Assembly: GCA_028534125.1 (NCBI GenBank) | Contig: CM052817.1 | Span: 17,424,001 to 17,488,000, forward strand | Direction of reading: 5' to 3' | From: Lama glama | Lineage: Eukaryota | DNA length: 64,000 bases | Shown: positions 22,749-36,565 of the stretch, one piece after another | Layout: every line of letters begins with the position of its first letter | How positions within the stretch are numbered: the first letter of the stretch is position 1 | The notes under the pieces: model-generated | Seen by the model: the letters and a program-made list of their open reading frames with translations, nothing else | Database searches by the model: none | What the model was told of the DNA's origin: nothing | Translations under genes and position numbers: made by a program

Positions 22749-24489
22749 ATACAAAGATTGTGGAATCAGGAAACTTTCCAGAGAACCACCTTGTCCAGCG
22801 GGAGGAGTACGGGTTTCAGGAGGGATGGTAAAACTTATCCCGCAGGGTTGTTGGGGAAATTAGGAACACACTGTATGTGAGGTGCCCAGCAAATATCGAC
22901 CTGGCAGAGGTCAGATGAATGATCGCTATTATCATTGATGGAGAAGCTGACATTTGAACAGAGCTATGAAAAGTGCCTGGGATTCAGACACACAGTGAGA
23001 GACACAGGTGTGGAGTCAGCAAAGCTAAGCACACATTTGAGAGATGGTTTGGCTGGGATGCAGGCTTGTGTGGCGAGACACTGAACCAGAGGCTTTACCT
23101 GGCCTGTGCACCACCAGCCCTGGCTGGACATACACCGGGCACTTGTCAGTATTTGCATGGATCGAATGAGCAGTAGAAAGAATGAGGGAGGGAACAAATG
23201 AAAGGAATGGTGTTTAGGGCCTGAAGATCAAGCTGATAAGCTTTGTTTAATTAATAAACATGAAGTATCATAAGCAGGAAGTGGTCTGTGTGAGACTCAC
23301 CTGTCCACGTGACAGGTACAGAAACAAAGAATAATTATTGAGAAACATTAATAGCAGATTTTGTCTTATGAATCGGAGTTTTAAAATTTGGCTCTTCTGT
23401 ATATTTTTTAAAATTTTTAATGATATTAATTTTATCGTATTTTCCAGGTCTCTGGCGGATTGGTGCTTAGAAGCAAATAACTGGGCTTTGCCGCAGGTAG
23501 TTTACAAAGCTCTGACTTGGAGGACGGGGCTTGGTAGGTGTTCTCAGGTCCTGACCCCGCGGCTCAGAAGCCCTGTGTGCTCAGCCAGCTGACAGGCTCC
23601 GGGTTCTGAGGCATCAGCAGATGAAACACCCGCGTTTCTTAGCCCTGGGCGGGACTCCAAGGACAAGCAATTTCACTCTCCCAGACTTCACTCGCACCTG
23701 CTGAGTGCGGGAAGCCTTCCACAGCTTATCCTGCCTGGTGGTGACAAAATATACGGCTCATTGGCAACCCCTGTGTGTGGGAAGGTAGCAGGCTGGGTCG
23801 CCTGCTGCGCTGATCCACTGAATGTGGCCTGAAGGGGGACATTAACTCGGCTGCTCTCTTTCCTGGAGCAGGACAGCCAGGCAGTGGCAGGAGGTCACCC
23901 TCCCCGAGGACCCCACAGCTGATTGGAAGCAGCAGGGCGTCCCTTCCCTCCTCTGCTTCTGCTAAGTGGTGTTTCCCAAACTGATCGTCTGAACACACTG
24001 GGGTGAAAAGAGGAGTCACCACTCCTTCTGAGAGCCGGGCAACAGTACAGGGATGGCGGTCTCTGCCTGAGGTTCTCTCTGTTACCCTCTGTGATTACAA
24101 TAAATGCCAAAAAAAAAAAAAAAAGAGATGCTTTGTCCAGACTTTTTTGGTTGTAAGTGACAGAAAACCAAACTCCACATGGTGCTAAAAGGGAATTTGG
24201 TCACGTAATTGAAAACTCCAGAGTCATAATCATTTTCTACAGTTGTAATCATTTTTTAGACTATGAAAGACATAAGTCACAATCATCTGCGAATGTAAAA
24301 AGTGCTTAAGCCCAGCACCTCCAAAAGAAAGAGTCATGCTCGATATCCTAGACAGTGACAGGTTTTCTCTCTCCTGGTTAATCACTCTCTGCCCAACATC
24401 TCACTCCCTGTCTCATGGGGATATTTAATCCCACTTCCTAACCCCAGTTTAGTTCTTCCCTCTCCCACTCTTTCTCCCTGCTTTGGGTG

Positions 24490-24915
24490 CTGACTTCACC
24501 CCATGCCCCAGGAGCAGGCATGTGGTCCAAGTCTGGCCAATCAGAACATGGTGCAAACTCCTGGCCCCAGAGATTGGATCTGAGGTTAGCAAGGGACCAA
24601 AATCAAGCTAATGAGGTCTAGCTCGAGTTAATCTTGCCTGCTGGCATATGTGGTTAGATTAATGTGGTCTCTTTTTCATCAGATTTGGAGCTATTTGCAG
24701 CCATCTTGCCACCATGAGGGCAGAGCTGGTCTGAGACTAACAAACACAATCATAGAAAGAAACAATAGGAGACAGAAGCCAGATCCAGATGATGTTGTTC
24801 ACACCTGGGTTCATTTATGTCTGAAGCAGGATATCTCTGGATGAATGAATAATGTCAATAAATTCCCTTTTTGCACCAGTTTAGATTGGGTTTGTCACAT
24901 GCAACCAAAAGAGTC
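24490..24915 (+). mobile_element. MLT1 (J/K-like) LTR
   Basis: GTCTGGCCAATCAGAA...GCAGCCATCTTGCCACCATGAGG...CAATAAATTCCCTTTTT...GTCACATGCAACCAAAAGAGTC. Confidence 0.65.
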
Positions 24916-26494
24916 TTGATGAGGCATTTCAATTTTATATTTTAATCATTTTTTTCTAAAATGTATTCCACATGTCATTTCCACCTTAAATAAAGGCTGT
25001 TAAACATAATTCAGCCGCCCTTTGTAATTTGAGCTTATTATTCTTGTACAGCTGTGTCTAAGGGGCTTTGGGGGTAGGTCAGACGTTTGCCTGCTGTGCT
25101 TGTGAGATTTCTGGCTTTTCTTATCTCTGTCCTGACTCACAGCTATAAGGAAGAGGCTCTGGCTTCATCTCGGATTTGCTGCTTCTAGTCTACAGTGAGA
25201 TTGGAACGCATTAGCCAAAATTCTGGAATCTGGCATCAAATAAAAGTAAACGCTTTTAATGTGGATTTAGAGGCTCTGGTGTGGATAAAGTACAAGGGCT
25301 TTGTGACATTTTGGCTGCCCCAAGGTGTTTTGTTTTTGTTTTTTTTTTCTTTTTCTGTTTTGGTATTTGCTTTCTGTTTCTGCATTGTTCTGGATAGATG
25401 AGGTTTCTTCATATTTCTGTTGGTTGAGAATTTTACTGTAAGATTTTCACACTAGAGGGTTGTGCAGTGTGAACAAATGAGCTAGGCTTGGAATGTCTTA
25501 TAACTTAGCAAAGTTATTTAGTTTTCTTCCAAGAAGGAACAGTAACCCACAGTAGTATTCTGAACTTCAGGCTGACTTTTAACTGGTTTTTCTTCTTTTC
25601 TAAAACATCCCCTTTATTTTCAACCTCTAATAGCATACACTGACTTGCAAGGGGAGAGAAAAAAAAAAGCAAGCATGCTTGTATCAGAGGGAGTGGATCT
25701 ACTTAAGGCAGATGTGGAATCAATTTGGGCAAATGTGAGTTGCCAGCTTCGGAACTTTCCTGCTACGTGCATGTGTCCTGGAGTACACTGGAGCCACTTA
25801 ACCTCATAAATGTGATGCCGGGATACAGAGTAAACATGTGTAAGGGGCACGCTGTTTGCTGCCCTCGCTAAGTTGAGCGAAATCCTGAAGGGGCTTACTC
25901 CCTCTGAGAAGTTCAAATGAAGACAACTGTGTTTAGGAAAAAATACAACCGATGTCTGGTTTTGAAATTACTAGGAAAATGGCAGCTCCAGGGATTTAAT
26001 CTTGTGGAATAAGCAAAATCTGCTCTCTAAAATGGCTATTTTTTTATTTTTATTTGTGCTTCCACTCAATGTGGACTCACATTGCAAACGTAAGATACCC
26101 AAGCACAAAACCATCATTTGGTTTTTGTAACAAAGAGAGCAGGACTTGGTTTTTGCCAGTCCTGCCTTTTGAAGGTTCAGCCTGTGGCTTTGGAGAACAA
26201 GTCAGGCAGCGGACTGAGAATCTCAGAAGGGTCGCTCCTGTTCTCCATTAACAAGACACATGACTCCTTGACCTGTTAGGGCTCCCCATTAATGTCGCAC
26301 CAGCTCTTGCCAAACACAGTGGTTTTCAGTTATGGTGAGAATAATTGCAGTGAGTTAATAGCAGAGAATGTGGTACAGCAAGTCCCCGAGGCCCTGGCCT
26401 CCTGCATGTGTGTCCAGTAAAGGAAGGGGAAGACAAGTGAGGGCGGTTGTTTCTCTAGCCCCTAGAATGCCTAACACCATTACACAAACATAGG

Positions 26495-26884
26495 TGGGAT
26501 GGGCTCAATTGTGTCCCCTCAAAATTCACAGGTTGAATTCCTAATCCCCAGCATCTCAGAATGTGACTGTATGTGGAGACAGGGTCTTTAGAGAGATGAT
26601 TAAAATAAAATGTGGCCAACAGCTGGCAAGAAAATGGGATCTCAGTCCTGCAACCACAAGGATATAAATTCTGCCAACAACTGGTGAGCCTGGGAGAGGA
26701 CCCTGAGCTCAGGGTTCTGAGATCACAGCCCCAGCTGACACCTTGATTTCATCCAGGTGAGACCCTGAACAGAGGATCCAGCTAACCCATACCCGGACTA
26801 TTGACCCAGGAAACAGACAATTTTGTGCAGTTTTAAGCTGTTAAGTATATGGTAATTAGTTACAAAGAATGCATAACTGATATA
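26495..26884 (+). mobile_element. MLT1 LTR (MLT1A/B-like 5' part, MLT1D/E-like 3' part)
   Basis: AATTGTGTCCCCTCAAAATTCA...CTCAGAATGTGACTGTATGTGGAGACAGGGTCTTT; GCAACCACAAGGATATAAATTCTGCCAACAAC...GCTGACACCTTGATTTCA...TTTTAAGCTGTTAAGT. Confidence 0.75.
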
Positions 26885-26889
26885 CCCTA

Positions 26890-27405
26890 CTTCAGGACAT
26901 CCTCCATGATCTGGCCTCTCCCACCGCCGACTTCATGTCTCTTCCTTTCTCTCCTGTTCTCTCTGCTCCAGGCACAACGACCTCCTCACTATTCCGGGAC
27001 CACATCAGGCCTGTGTGTGTTTCCACCTCAAAAAGTCTGTTTTCTCCACCTTGAATTCTCTCCCACCAAATTTCTCCACGGCTTCTTCTATTACCTTCTT
27101 CAAACCTTTTCTCAAAGAGGGTCCCCTAATCTCCACATTTAAAACTGCAACCTCTCCACACAGAACCTGGCACCCCCAACCCCTCCCACCCCCCACCAGC
27201 ACTGTAGAGCTCACACATTTATTGTGAGTGTTATTCTGTAACACTATGTATAATTCACTAATTTATCATGTATCTTACGTGTTCGCTGCATCTCCTGTTG
27301 GAAAATACATTCCACAAAAGCAAGGTCCATGTCCCTCTTGTTCACTGATACATCCACGCATTCAGAGCAGTACCTGACAATCAGTACTTATTGAATGAAT
27401 GGATG
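26890..27405 (+). mobile_element. L2a 3' end
   Basis: CTTGTTCACTGATACATCC...AGAGCAGTACCTGACA...TTATTGAATGAATGGATG tail. Confidence 0.65.
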
Positions 27406-27479
27406 GATATTGTTGTGGCTTTGAACAGGAAAATGCTTAATGTTTAGTCTCCCTGGAAAAGCTGCTGGTGTTCCACTAA

Positions 27480-27797
27480 CATCCCCTCCACCCACCCTAG
27501 AGGTCAGCTGTGGACAGCTCCCAAGAAACTGACGCATCCTCGGTCTCTGACCGTGCACTCAAGGGACAAATGAGAATCACCAGGGAGTCAGCCCCAAGGA
27601 GCAGCCCCCAACCAGCAGGGGCTGGGAGCTGGGGAAATGACCCACTGTGGGACTGAGCCCCAGATGTACACAGCAACAATCCACTTATTAACACCCCTTA
27701 ACTGGCTTCCTTCTTTTGCCTGTCCCCCTTCCCTCTTCCCACATCACCTCCCAAATAAATGACATGGCTTTAAATCCCTGTTTCAGTGACTGTCTTT
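27480..27797 (+). mobile_element. LTR16-like ERVL solo LTR
   Basis: GAGCAGCCCCCAACCA...ACTGGCTTCCTTC...CACCTCCCAAATAAA...AAATCCCTGTTTCAG. Confidence 0.55.
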
Positions 27798-28502
27798 AGC
27801 CTTTTGTTTCTTTAGCTTTTTTGCCTTTAGCTTTAGGTTCTCGGTTTGAAGTGTTAAGATTACAAGCCACATTCTTAAACACAGCTTTGGGATTGACCAG
27901 TAGATGAAGCCTCAAATATTTACCCTGAGGAAGATCACACGATTCATCCCCTTCAGAATCTTAGAACCAGAGGATCATAGAAAGCTTTGAGCCCAGGGGA
28001 TCCCGAGACTTCTTGGGATGGGTTAGAGACAGAATTCCATCGAGGTAGGAATGAAGATCTAAGAACTGCTCTCAATATTTTGATACCTGAGAAGAAGCAT
28101 GCATTTACCAATGACCAAACCATGCAGGCTAAACCTTTAGCCATTGGGGCTGGAGGCGTTGCTCCTTCTTACTGTATTTATGCTGATCAAAAGTGATTGC
28201 AATTACAGATCTACAATTGATTTCTACAAAGAGGGAAGACAATTTACTACTTCATCAAGGACATTAATGTCTGAAGGAATCTTTCTAAGTGGAGGCTTTT
28301 GGTGTGAGCACAGTTGGAAACCACTAAACTAATCCAACCCCTCTTGTTCTACCCGGGAGGCATCTGGGGTCAGGGGAGACCAAGAGGCTTGGCCAAGGTC
28401 ACTCAGCTGGGGGTGAAAGGCCAGGGCTAGAACGCGGAACCTAGCTCCACACCCCTCACCTCACACAGGAGGAGAATGACATACTGTGGAGAATCTCAGA
28501 TT

Positions 28503-28640
28503 TTTTTTTTTTTCTGAGAGCAGAGGTAATATAGGTTAATTTATTTAATTAATTTTTTTTAAATGGAGGTACTAGGAATTGAACCCAAGACTTCATGCAT
28601 GCTAAGCACGCACTCTACCACTGAGTCATACCCTCCCCCT
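28503..28640 (-). mobile_element. tRNA-Ala-derived SINE (vic-1-like)
   Basis: Same tRNA-like head with A/B boxes and an A-rich tail. Degenerate TSD AGAATCTCAGATT (28490-28502) / AGAATCTGGGATT (28641-28653). Confidence 0.9.
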
Positions 28641-30049
28641 AGAATCTGGGATTGCTGGTTCATCTGGAGAATGTTTTGATAGAGCCAAAATGTTCCTTAA
28701 AAAAGCACAGTGAATGAATTTTACCCATTAGGAGATAAATTAGCTGCAATGACAAAATGCTGAATATTTACAAGACCAAATGAGCTTCTCTGTGGGAAAC
28801 AGCTGCATGCCCCCTGAAGAATAGTACTAAAAACATATTCCCTCCACCCGGAAGCACTGTGCTGTAATTACATGCCTGGCACATAGTAGGCTCTTAGTAC
28901 CTAAGTCTTTGACCTTGGGCAAGTGACGCGACCCCCTTCAGACCTCTTTCTCCCAGTAAGTAAAATGTGGGGAGGGGGAGCACACAATCTAGTGCGAAGA
29001 CCTTGTTTCCAGTCATAACTTTGCCATGGGACCCAGGGTGAGTCACTCCACCTTTCTGAGCCTCAGTTTCCACATCTGTAAATAGAGAATCTATTATAAG
29101 CTCTCTAAGAGGCCTTTTAGCGCAAATATTCTGAGTCTGATGGCCTCGATGTTCCCACACATCCCTTTTCAACTCTCACAATCTCTGATTTTATTGGATT
29201 TGGAATTGATTTGCTTCTGAGATTGATTTTTTTTTAACCCAAGTAAAAATAAAATGACACCTTCCCTTCAGTCGGGCTAATCCCAAGCAAGCAGCTCAGA
29301 GATGCACAAAGAGGTGTCAAGTAGACAAATGGGAGTGAGGGCAACCACAGCAGGGGCGTTCTGAAACCTGTCTCCTTGCAGCCAAAGGTGATGCTTGGGT
29401 AATTACTCTCACCCAGGTGCCGGCTGGAAGGAGGGAAGGCCAGAGGCCCTTCTCTGACAAAACCCAGGGAAAGTTATGAGCAAGAGGATTGCTAAAATAT
29501 GGATTTCCTCAAAGCCCTATGTTTAGATTCCTTTTTGAAGAAAACAAGCTGCTTCAGAGTGTGTCTTTTTCAGACCAAGATCTTCCCAGAACTCTTGGCA
29601 CGATGTCATGTCATCATCCCAACCTGGTCTCTCTCATGGTGGGGTGGTGGGTATCCAGGGGCAGAAACCAGAAACACAGGTTTTTGAAAGAATACGACCT
29701 ACAGTAAATCCTGCGTTAGAATTTAATTCTCTATCTGTTTGCAATATTTCTCTGCATGTGTGTGTGCACATGTGTGCAAAGGTGTGGTGATAAAAGTAAT
29801 GTGATCAATTTCCATTTTAAGCAGAACTATTAGAAGTTATATGCTCAGGTGATCAGGCACCTTGAACTGCCATGTGATTATCCCAACGATGCCACCCCTG
29901 GGGAAATAATTTTTACAATTCTTTTTTCATTCTTGCTTTCTGAGTCGAAGTCACAGTCTTCGGAATTTCCTCATTGGTAGAGAAATGAGGTCTTTTAGGG
30001 GTGAATTTGAGTTTAAATAGCCTTAAGTAATTCAGAACAAGACTTGTGG

Positions 30050-30960
30050 ATAAGTTAGGTTCTCCAGCTCTTTAAAAACAGGGCAAATTCTGCCTGATAA
30101 ATGTGGAAGGAATGAGAGACTTAGAAAACCATCATTCTGTGACTCCTCAGGAAAACATTGATTTAGACAGTGATCATCAATGCATGAACTCATTGGATGA
30201 AAGATTGATGGGAAACTCGACCACAGAAGGATCAGGCTGTCACTGCCTGAACCAATGATCAATCTTCGCATCACTGAAAGCAGGACATTGTCTGTTTCCC
30301 AATGTGATGTGATACCTAGCATGTAGTACCACCGGGGGGTGGTTCCTGCCACAAGTGCCAATTATGCCCCCAGAGCTAATTTCCATTCATAGGAATTACG
30401 GAGGAATAAAAGAACAAGAAAAATGACTTACCTGACACTACAAGGAAGTGTAGTGTCTTTCAGGACAACTGACCCAATTTCTACAGGTTAGTGGTGTGAA
30501 ACAAAGATGGTGGCAGGAGTATTCAAGATTAAAAGAGAATGGGGTGAGAGGAAAGATGAAAAAGGAATGAAGAGACATAACCAACAAAAAGTACAAATCT
30601 TTTTGAACAAACTGACTACAGAATGGATACCTTCATGATAGCTGGGGAAATTGCTTATGGTCTGGGCATAAGACAGTATCAGAGAATTATTGTTAATTTT
30701 GTCAGGCGCAGTCTTAACTTTGTGATTATGTGAAACCGGGTTGACATGTTTTTGAGCTGCATGTTGAAGAACGTAGGGGTGAAATGACCTGATGCCAGGG
30801 TTTGCTTAGGAATACATCCGCCTAGGACAAAACACAAAGAGAACGCTTAACTGGATGGAGATAAAGTGAACGTCACAGAATAATTATTTTATCTGAATGA
30901 TGGATGTGTGGGCTTCATTACGCTAGTCTCCTTATTTGTGTTTAAAATGAGAAAAAAAAA
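30050..30960 (+). mobile_element. Ancient L1MC/L1ME 3' region fragment
   Basis: A-rich degraded sequence resembling L1MC4-type 3' UTR; ends in an A run. Confidence 0.5.
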
Positions 30961-31594
30961 ACACTGGGAGGAGGAAGTGGTGGTGACTTTCAAACACTGG
31001 TTGTTCTAAAGGTGGGTGTGGACCACAGGTTCTGTGGGGTCCTTTCAATGTCAGTTAATGAAATATATTTCTCTACAAGGGGAGGAGGAGAAGGAGGAAC
31101 ATCTCCATGTACGGGATGTAATAATCACCAGGATGTATTTTTAGTGATAGAACAAGAAACAGAATAGTGGGCTTAGGGTGCAGCCATTTGAGTTTAAAAA
31201 AACATGGGGATGGGGTGAGAGGGCTAATCTACCTTCCTCTGGGAGAAGTAAAAGAAGTCACTGGTTATTGCTTCAAAGATGAGAAACTGGTGGCTGGGAC
31301 AGGGAAGAAGGGAAATTTACCATGTACGCTTTTGTATTTTTTGAGTTTTGGACAGTAGGCATGTATTACCTATTCAAAAGTGCAATTTGAATGAAAAACA
31401 ACCAAAAAAAAAAAAGAGCATTGCATTTATTCCTCTATTTTAAGCAGGGTATTTTTAGTCTAGAGCATCTCTTAACCTTTGAAGAATTTTAAGTTTGGGG
31501 AGAGGACCACATCTTTCATGCCTCTCTTCTTTAAGAAACACCTCCCACAGAACATGCTGAGGGAATGGCCTAGGGACACAGTTCTACATGGCAG

Positions 31595-32290
31595 CCATAA
31601 CGGAAAATCTACTACCTTAACCACACTTAAGTGTAGAATTCAGCAGTTAGCACACCCACATTGTTGTGTAACCAAACTCCAGAACTCTTTTCATCTTGCA
31701 AAACTCAAACTGTGTACATTAAACAGTAACTCCCCATTCTCTCCTTCCCCGAGCCCTGTGTAGACCACCATGCTACTTTCTGTCTCTATGAATTTGACTT
31801 CTCCAGGTAGCTCATATGAGTGGGATCATAGACAATTTGCCTTCTTGCAGCCATCTTACTCACTTAGCATAACGTCTTCAAGATTCATCCACGTTGCAAC
31901 TTATGTCAGAATTTTCTCCCTTTTTAAAGCTGAATAAGATCCCACTGTGTGTCTTTACCGCATTTTATTTATCCATTCATCTGTTGGACATCTGGGTTGC
32001 TTTTAGCCATTGTGAATAATGCTACTATGAACATAGGTCTCTTTAAGACCCTCTTTGAATTCTTTTTGGTATATACCCAGAAGTAGAACTGCTAGATTAT
32101 ATGATAATTCTATGCTTAATGTTTCGAGGAACCGCCGTACTGTTTTTCATACCAACTGTACCACCTTAGACTCTTCCCAACAGTGCACAAGGGCTCCAAT
32201 TTCTTCACATCCTCGCAGACATTTATCATTTGCTACTTTTGATAATAGCCATGTCATGGGTGTGAGGTGGTTTTAATCTGCATTTCCCCG
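31595..32290 (-). mobile_element. Old L1MA/L1MB-type 3' fragment
   Basis: CTCCAGAACTCTTTTCATCTTGCAAAACT...; CACTTAGCATAACGTCTTCAAGATTCATCCACGTTG; ATATACCCAGAAGTAGAACTGCTAGAT. Confidence 0.85.
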
Positions 32291-32934
32291 ATGTCAGTTC
32301 CTTTTTCTTGACTTGCTGCCTTATCTTCAGTTCTGCTCTCTTGCTGTGGTCCTTTACAAAGTCTGTCATTTTCTTGAGGGTTTTTGTTTTCCAAATGTAC
32401 GGTGGCATTCATTATTGGTTCTCTATATATTTTGGAGGCCAAAGACTTTTGGGGCAGACAAACACATTGTAAAGTTTCCATTTAGACAGTCAGCTTATGA
32501 TGCGGAGCAGTAGAATAGATGGTCTAGAAGAGCCAAGAGGAGAAAATCGATTCAATGTAGCTCTAGACTGTCTGCTCCTCAGCGATGTCTTTGCAGTAGG
32601 TTTGCCGCCTTCCGCTGAATAGTTGTTGTGATTTTAAGTTTTGTTTTTTATAGTATTGGCAAATTCTGGTAATTTCCAAGAGGGTTTGAGTGCCTGAAGT
32701 GTGGGTAGGTAGTGTTCCTTAAAACTTTCCACCTCCTAAGAGTGTATTATGAAGAAAGGCATCACGTGAACATCCAAGAGAAATCATGCCAGAAAGAGAG
32801 CAGAGTGAGTGCAAAGATCCTAAAGCAGGAGTTTGTCTGCACTTCCCTGACCACAGCAAGGAGGCTGTGGGGCTGGAGCACTGCTGTCAGAGAGGGCAGT
32901 GGTGAGGGATGAGGATGGAGGTGGTAACCATGGC

Positions 32935-33381
32935 GATGAATTCCTTTACTGGGGCTGCCATAGCACGGTACCACAAACTGGGTGGCTTAAAACAACAAAG
33001 ATCTGTTGTCTCATTGTTCTGGAAATTAGGCGACCAAAATCAAGGTGTTGGCAAGGTTCGTTCCTTCTGGAGAATCCACCCCAAGCATCTCACCTGACTT
33101 CTGGTAACTGTGGACAATCCTTGGCGTTCCTCGGCTTGTAGATATAGCACTCCAATGTCTTCCTCCATCTTTACATGGCATTCTCCCCACGCATGTCTGT
33201 GTCCAAATTTCCTCCTTCTTATAAAGACAGCAATCATACTGGGCTAAGGGCCCTCCCTATTCCAGTATGACCTCATCGTAAGTAATTACATCTGTAGCCA
33301 CCCTAGTTCCAAATAAGGGCACATTCTCAGGTACTGGGAGGTAGGGTGTCAGCATATCTTTGAGGGAACACAATTCAACCC
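32935..33381 (-). mobile_element. MLT1C-like LTR
   Basis: GGGCTGCCATAGCACGGTACCACAAACTGGGTGGCTTAAAACAACA...TTCCAAATAAGGGCACATTCT...ACACAATTCAACCC. Confidence 0.85.
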
Positions 33382-33649
33382 TGCTGAACTGAGGAGCTTA
33401 AAAAAATGCATTATTTAACCATAAGATAGCAGAGGCCTCACACTGGATAGAGTCCCAAGGATCATACAACTGCCACCTCCCTAAATCCTAGACATTTAAG
33501 GGTCTGGGAGCCAGATTAATCAACGAAACCAGGAGACAAAGGCCGAGGGAAGACTTGGCAAGCCCACAGGCCTGCATGGCTGGGCTTCGCTGTTCCAGCA
33601 CATACCAGGGCCTGCAGTTTAACCTGTGGCTGAAGGGTGACACAGCAGG

Positions 33650-33870
33650 GTAGATGTTAAGTGCAAGGACTGTCTAGGCTCAAATTCAAGTGCTGCCATT
33701 CAGGGCTGTGTGATCTTAGGCAAGTTACTTATCCTCTCTGTTTCTTGGTTTCTTTATCTGAAAATTGAGGAAAATGAAACAATCTATCTCACAAAGTGAT
33801 CATAAGGATTATATGGGTCAATCCAGGAAAAGAGCTTAGAACAGTGCCTGACAGCTGGCCAGTGTCCCCG
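33650..33870 (+). mobile_element. MIR SINE
   Basis: GCTGTGTGATCTTAGGCAAGTTACTTATCCTCTCTG...GCTTAGAACAGTGCCTGACA. Confidence 0.75.
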
Positions 33871-34729
33871 ACGTGTTAGTGGATGTTATCACTGGGGTAG
33901 GGCTGGGGGATAGTCTGCTCAGATGATCCTTTCCAAGTAGGGAGATGGTTAATTCAAATGGAAGTTGAAAAGAGGTTAATGAAGACGAAGATGCTATTTT
34001 CAGAGGCTTGGGCAGAGTTAAGGGAGCCAATAAAGGATGATGAAGCACCCAGGGACCAACAAGAGCAGGATTCCAGGCGGGGCAGGGGGAGGAAGTGGAG
34101 TCAGGGAAAGGTGATGCGCACTGGCGGGACCGAGGGACCAGGGCCGCCTGGCAAGCTGTCAGGGAGGGAGGGGGAGAAACGAGGCTTTTCCCCTCCTCCC
34201 TCCTCCCGCTTCCCGATTTCCTGCTGGTAACTCCCCATTCCTGCGGGTGATCTCCCAGTGCTCACTGTCTCCTGACTGAACTCAACCCAGTGTCAAAAGA
34301 CAGAGGAGTCCAGCAGATTCCAGGTCCTAGAAGGACAGAGGCTGGAACTAGAAGGGTAAATGCAGAATTAACAGCTCACCTGCCTCCCAGAGACTGGTCT
34401 GACTGGGGACTCCAGGACATCATGAAAGCAGTGTATGTTCCCTGAGTCACACCCACTGGGAAGGAGAGACGTAGCACTTGGTGCTCACCCGGATTTCACA
34501 TGCTTCCTGCAGGCAGCTTGGGGCCGCACAACTACTTCCGGTCGAAGGACTGGGAGCAGAGGCGATGGCTGTCACACGCTGGCCCAAGCAGTTAGAGGCC
34601 AGTGCGCCGCTGCCACCATCTCTTCCTCTCACACAATGAGGCTGTAGAGGCCACATGTATCTCGAGAAAAAAGTCTTTTTTTAATTTGCTTTTTGAATCA
34701 ATTCACAGGTTTTTTTCCCTTAAAAAGGA

Positions 34730-34978
34730 GATTTTCTCTTTTTTTGCATTTAAAAATTTTTATACAATTTTTAAAGGTTACTTTCTATCTATAGTTATCA
34801 CAAAATACTGGCGGTATTCCCCGTGTTGTACAATACATTCTGGTAGCCTGTCTCACACCCAAAGGTTTGTCTCTCCCTCTCTCCCACCCCTATGTTGCTG
34901 CCCCCACCCCCAGAAATCACTAGTTCTTTCTTTCTGTGAGTCTGCTTCTTTTTCGTTATATTCACTAGTTTGTTGTCT
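34730..34978 (-). mobile_element. L1 3' UTR fragment (laurasiatherian/artiodactyl type)
   Basis: TTTTAAAGGTTACTTTC...TATTCCCCGTGTTGTACAATACA...TCTGTGAGTCTGCTTCTTTTTCGTTATATTCACTAGTTTGTTGT. Confidence 0.7.
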
Positions 34979-36383
34979 TAGGAGAGAGGGCTTGTATCAA
35001 TAGTTTATTTGTTTAGTTACTTACGCCAACCTCAATCACCAGCGAACTGGAGACAGAGCAGTTTCAAGATGGAAGAGGAACGCCCAGCCTGCGTCAGATT
35101 TAACCTGAGTGAGAAGAAACCCTTTCTGAGGATGAGCCTCTGAGATCTGGGGATGCAGCCGCAGCAGCATAACCTGTCACATCCTGACTGATGCAGAGGA
35201 AGGTGACCCAGGCCTGGAGATGCCCTGGGCAGCGGAGAAGAAGTCCCTGCCGAGACTTGGAAATACATTGGAAATAATTTAGAAGAAAAATATCACCCTG
35301 CCCACCTCCATCCCAAAAGACAGCTGGCAACTGACTGTCTTCTAAGGTCTTAGCTGTATCCTCTGAGTGCGTGGGTCTCAGGAAGGAGAAACTGGACTGA
35401 AGGTACAATGTGGGGCAGGAAACCAGGCTCTGAGGGAACCGGGTTGGGGTGGGGGTGCGGCTGAGGCAGGGGATGGGAGGGGCCCTTCCCCAGCGTCCTC
35501 AGCCCCACAAAGGCTCTAATTAGAAATGATGTGTTTCAGTAATGAAGCACTTTTTTCTTTCAAGGAGCTGAGGTGCTGAGGTAAATATTATACCCTTTGA
35601 AGATCTGCTTGTGCCGTGAACATCAAAGGGTAGGGAGGGTCCCTTTCTGAAATTTAAATGTAAGGCTTTACTTCTCAATGTCTTGTTGCTGTTTTAAATT
35701 AATGCCTAGAACATCACAGGATTCACAAAAGAAGCAAAAGTCCAGATGCATGAACTGAGCCCAAAAGAAACAGGCCATGGGGCAAGTCCGAGGGGCGAGC
35801 GCCCACCCTGGGCCCAGTGGGAGGACAGCTGGGCCCATGACTTTTCAGAACCTGGAGTCCAGGGGGACCCAGTGGTCAGTGGTCAGGCTCCTGGACCTGG
35901 AAGCCCAATGCGAGAGATTCAGACCCAGAGACAGAAGCCAGTCAACAGAGGACCTACTGCCTCAGTCTGGGGTCTGGATCTCAGGCCCCGTGCCTTGGGA
36001 GGACACCTCACAGGACCCTAACATGCACAGCAGGAGATGCCAATGTGAAGAAAGCGAGGTGAGACTTAGAAAAGGCAACAGGAGAGGAAAATTCTCAACT
36101 GAGTGTAGGAGCTGGACCAGGTCCTCCCCAGAAAGCTGCAAGGCTAAGCTGTTGGGGCCCCCAGTCTCCTAACTGAGACATCGTGTGCCCTGTCACCACC
36201 GTCAACCAGCCATCGGGGCCGGGGTTCCCCACTGTGGCTCCCACAGAAAAGGTGGGAAGCATTAAAAAGGTGCTTACGCTTAGGCCAAACCTCAAACCAG
36301 TCAGATTCTCGGGGCGGGGGTTGTGATAAAGCTCCCCGTTGATTTTCACGTTCAGCCGGTTCTGAGCAAAGCCAATGGAAAAC

Positions 36384-36565
36384 CACTGGTTTTCTGAGTG
36401 TGGCCCCCCAGGCCAGCAGCAGCCCCCCGGGAACTTGTGGAGAATGCAGATCCCCAGGCCGTGCCCTGCCCTACAGGCTCAGAAACTCTGGGGGTGGAGG
36501 TTGGCAAGCTGTTTTAACAAGTCCTCCAAGTGACTCTCACACACACTGAAGTCTGAGAACCAATG
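36384..36565. mobile_element. MER5A (hAT-Charlie MITE)
   Basis: GGCCAGCAGC...GGGAACTTGTGGAGAATGCAGAT...TCAGAAACTCTGGGGGTGG...TTTTAACAAGTCCTCCAAGTGA...TGAGAACCAATG. Confidence 0.85.
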
